Part shown: one piece after another, positions 62,367 to 64,000 of the stretch
Layout: the number at the start of each line of letters is the position of its first letter
Numbering within the stretch: position 1 is the stretch's first letter
From: Glaciecola sp.
GTDB lineage: Bacteria > Pseudomonadota > Gammaproteobacteria > Enterobacterales > Alteromonadaceae
Direction of reading: 5' to 3'
Length of the DNA: 64,000 nucleotides
NCBI GenBank assembly: GCA_040514355.1
Contig: JBEVCF010000042.1
Span: forward strand, 5,200 to 69,199
Made by a program: the position numbers and the translations under genes
Notes under the pieces: model-generated
Told to the model about the DNA's origin: nothing
The model's input: only the letters and a program-made list of their open reading frames with translations
Databases searched by the model: none

Positions 62367-62974
62367 TGGGGTAAATCCTTTTGGTTATAGGCTGGACTGT
62401 CAGGCAGAAACATTTCAGTGACCATGATTAGGTGTTCCAAAAAAACAAACACCGAGCGGCGCCCGAATAATGGATGCTGTGCTTTAAAAGCGCGACAAAA
62501 TGGATGCTCGACAGGGAGTTTGGTACATTGAAACGGTTGGCGTTTAAACCGCGGATCGTTAAATAAAATTTTACCCAAAGGTTGATTACCAAGAGCGGCA
62601 AATTCATTATCACACAGTGCTTGAGGTAAGATTGAACGCGCCCAAACCCAAGGCGTATCATCGTCTAGTAATAACACTTGTCGAATTTGAGCTGTTGATA
62701 TGGTTGCCGGTGACGCTGAAGCACACACTAACACCTGCGTTGCATTGAGTTGCGTCTGTTCATGACTAAATAAGGGCGCAATACCTTCGGATTGTACCTT
62801 TACAGAAAACGCTGACGTATGAGCTTGTAAACGCTCAGTCAGTGACTCGATATCGACCAACCAATGCCATGTATGTTCCGGCACAGCTTCGGTAAATTCT
62901 GTTGCATCCACCCACAACAGATCTGCAAACATCGTTTGCGCATCCAATTGTTCAATGGTTAATGGTGTGGGCAT
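62363..62974 (-). CDS. ubiC: Chorismate pyruvate-lyase
   Basis: SLTERL, RQVLL....PWVWARS, LGNQPLG..LF, RRSVF, V.EMFLP; directly upstream of ubiA. Confidence 0.9.
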   Translation of the reverse strand: MPTPLTIEQLDAQTMFADLLWVDATEFTEAVPEHTWHWLVDIESLTERLQAHTSAFSVKVQSEGIAPLFSHEQTQLNATQVLVCASASPATISTAQIRQVLLLDDDTPWVWARSILPQALCDNEFAALGNQPLGKILFNDPRFKRQPFQCTKLPVEHPFCRAFKAQHPLFGRRSVFVFLEHLIMVTEMFLPDSPAYNQKDLPQ

Positions 62975-63104
62975 AGTGAATACATACTACTGGTAAGTTA
63001 ATTTTCAGATTTTACCTTATATGCGAATACAGATAAAAAGCTATTTTAATTTTGGCTATGATTTTTACCCAAGCGCTGTATCACTTAATAGTGACCTCTG
63101 AAAA

Positions 63105-63986
63105 CTATTTTGTTGGTAATTTATTCGATAATTGGTGAAGCAGCAGTGCCAATAAACAACCGATGATCAAACCGGATAAATACGCTTCGTTGGCCATGGA
63201 TACAAATAACACATCGACAAAACCAATTAACAACCAGACCAACATGAAGCCTATCAGTTGGGGTTGTAAGTACATACCCCATTGTGGACGCAACCAGCCT
63301 ATAAACCATACGAATCCAAACAAGCCATACACCACCCCCGACATACCACCAAAATTTGGTCCTGTCGCTAATAGCTGTGTGACATGAGCACCAATGGCCG
63401 TGATCAAAAAAATCGCAATGAGCATCAGTTTGCCTAATTGTTTCTCAATCATGGTCCCGAGTATCCACCACCAAAGTAGATTAAAAATGATATGCAACGC
63501 AGAAAAATGTAAGAATGCAGGCGTCACCAAACGCCACCATTCATGGGTCGTGGACAACTCCGCCAGTGGGGCAATGAAAAAATGCGCACCCACCCACAAA
63601 CTCATACTTGGAAAAATGTTGTAAACTAAAAAAATCAGAACGTTGAACAAAAGGATCCCTGACGTCCACCAATTGTCTCTTGCGGTTTGCACCAAATCGT
63701 GTTGACCCCAATCCGTTTTACGGCGTTTGGGCCTAACCTGACTTTTCGGTGTGCTCGGAGAGGGGTTATCCCAGCTAGCCGCTTGATATTTTGGGTCTGA
63801 GGGGTGTTCGATAAAGGCTCGAATGTGCGTTTGTGCTTTTTCAATATCCGAGTCATGCTGCACAGCAAGCCAAAATGAACCATCTTGCTCATCTTCTTGT
63901 ACGATGCATTCGATACCCTGGGTTAACAAGAAATCCATCAGCATGTAAGCAGGTCTGGCTTGTTGAAAGTGCACCAATTTATGCAT
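63105..63986 (-). CDS. glpG: Rhomboid intramembrane protease GlpG (catalytic His replaced by Tyr)
   Basis: KYQAASW, WWRLVTPAFLHFS..HIIFN, GGMSGVVYG; ANEAYLSG stands where AN.AH..G is expected. Confidence 0.9.
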   Translation of the reverse strand: MHKLVHFQQARPAYMLMDFLLTQGIECIVQEDEQDGSFWLAVQHDSDIEKAQTHIRAFIEHPSDPKYQAASWDNPSPSTPKSQVRPKRRKTDWGQHDLVQTARDNWWTSGILLFNVLIFLVYNIFPSMSLWVGAHFFIAPLAELSTTHEWWRLVTPAFLHFSALHIIFNLLWWWILGTMIEKQLGKLMLIAIFLITAIGAHVTQLLATGPNFGGMSGVVYGLFGFVWFIGWLRPQWGMYLQPQLIGFMLVWLLIGFVDVLFVSMANEAYLSGLIIGCLLALLLHQLSNKLPTK

Positions 63987-64000
63987 CGAATTTAGTGCTC

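Noticed and set aside
1-64000. CRISPR arrays, tRNA/rRNA genes, prophage structural or defence genes
   Set aside because: No spaced repeat arrays, cloverleaf or rRNA signatures, or such ORFs were seen; intergenic gaps are short and mostly explained.

Overview
Mostly core chromosome of a marine gammaproteobacterium; gene content and order look Alteromonadaceae-like (inference). Bases 1 to ~2.75 kb are the edge of a genomic island inserted at the 3' end of yicC: an intact P4-like tyrosine integrase plus a complete IS3-family element. The rest is largely housekeeping: yicC/rph/pyrE/tusA, two RNA methyltransferases, the yheSTU-slyX-fkpA block, greB/tex/bioH/comF/nfuA/dinF, a caa3-type cytochrome c oxidase cluster, lexA/plsB, ilv genes without ilvGM, proBA, several exported peptidases, rep, ubiKAC and glpG. 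The most notable accessory element is a three-gene bufferin-like RiPP locus (DUF2282 precursor, DUF692/MNIO enzyme, DUF2063 partner) that has no DoxX or ECF sigma gene and whose precursor has an unusual cationic tail. Other leads are a GlpG rhomboid with Tyr at the catalytic His position, a pseudoknot-capable element between nfuA and dinF, and a structured ilvE leader. I saw no rRNA, tRNA or CRISPR array. All calls come from motif recognition by eye; no searches were run.
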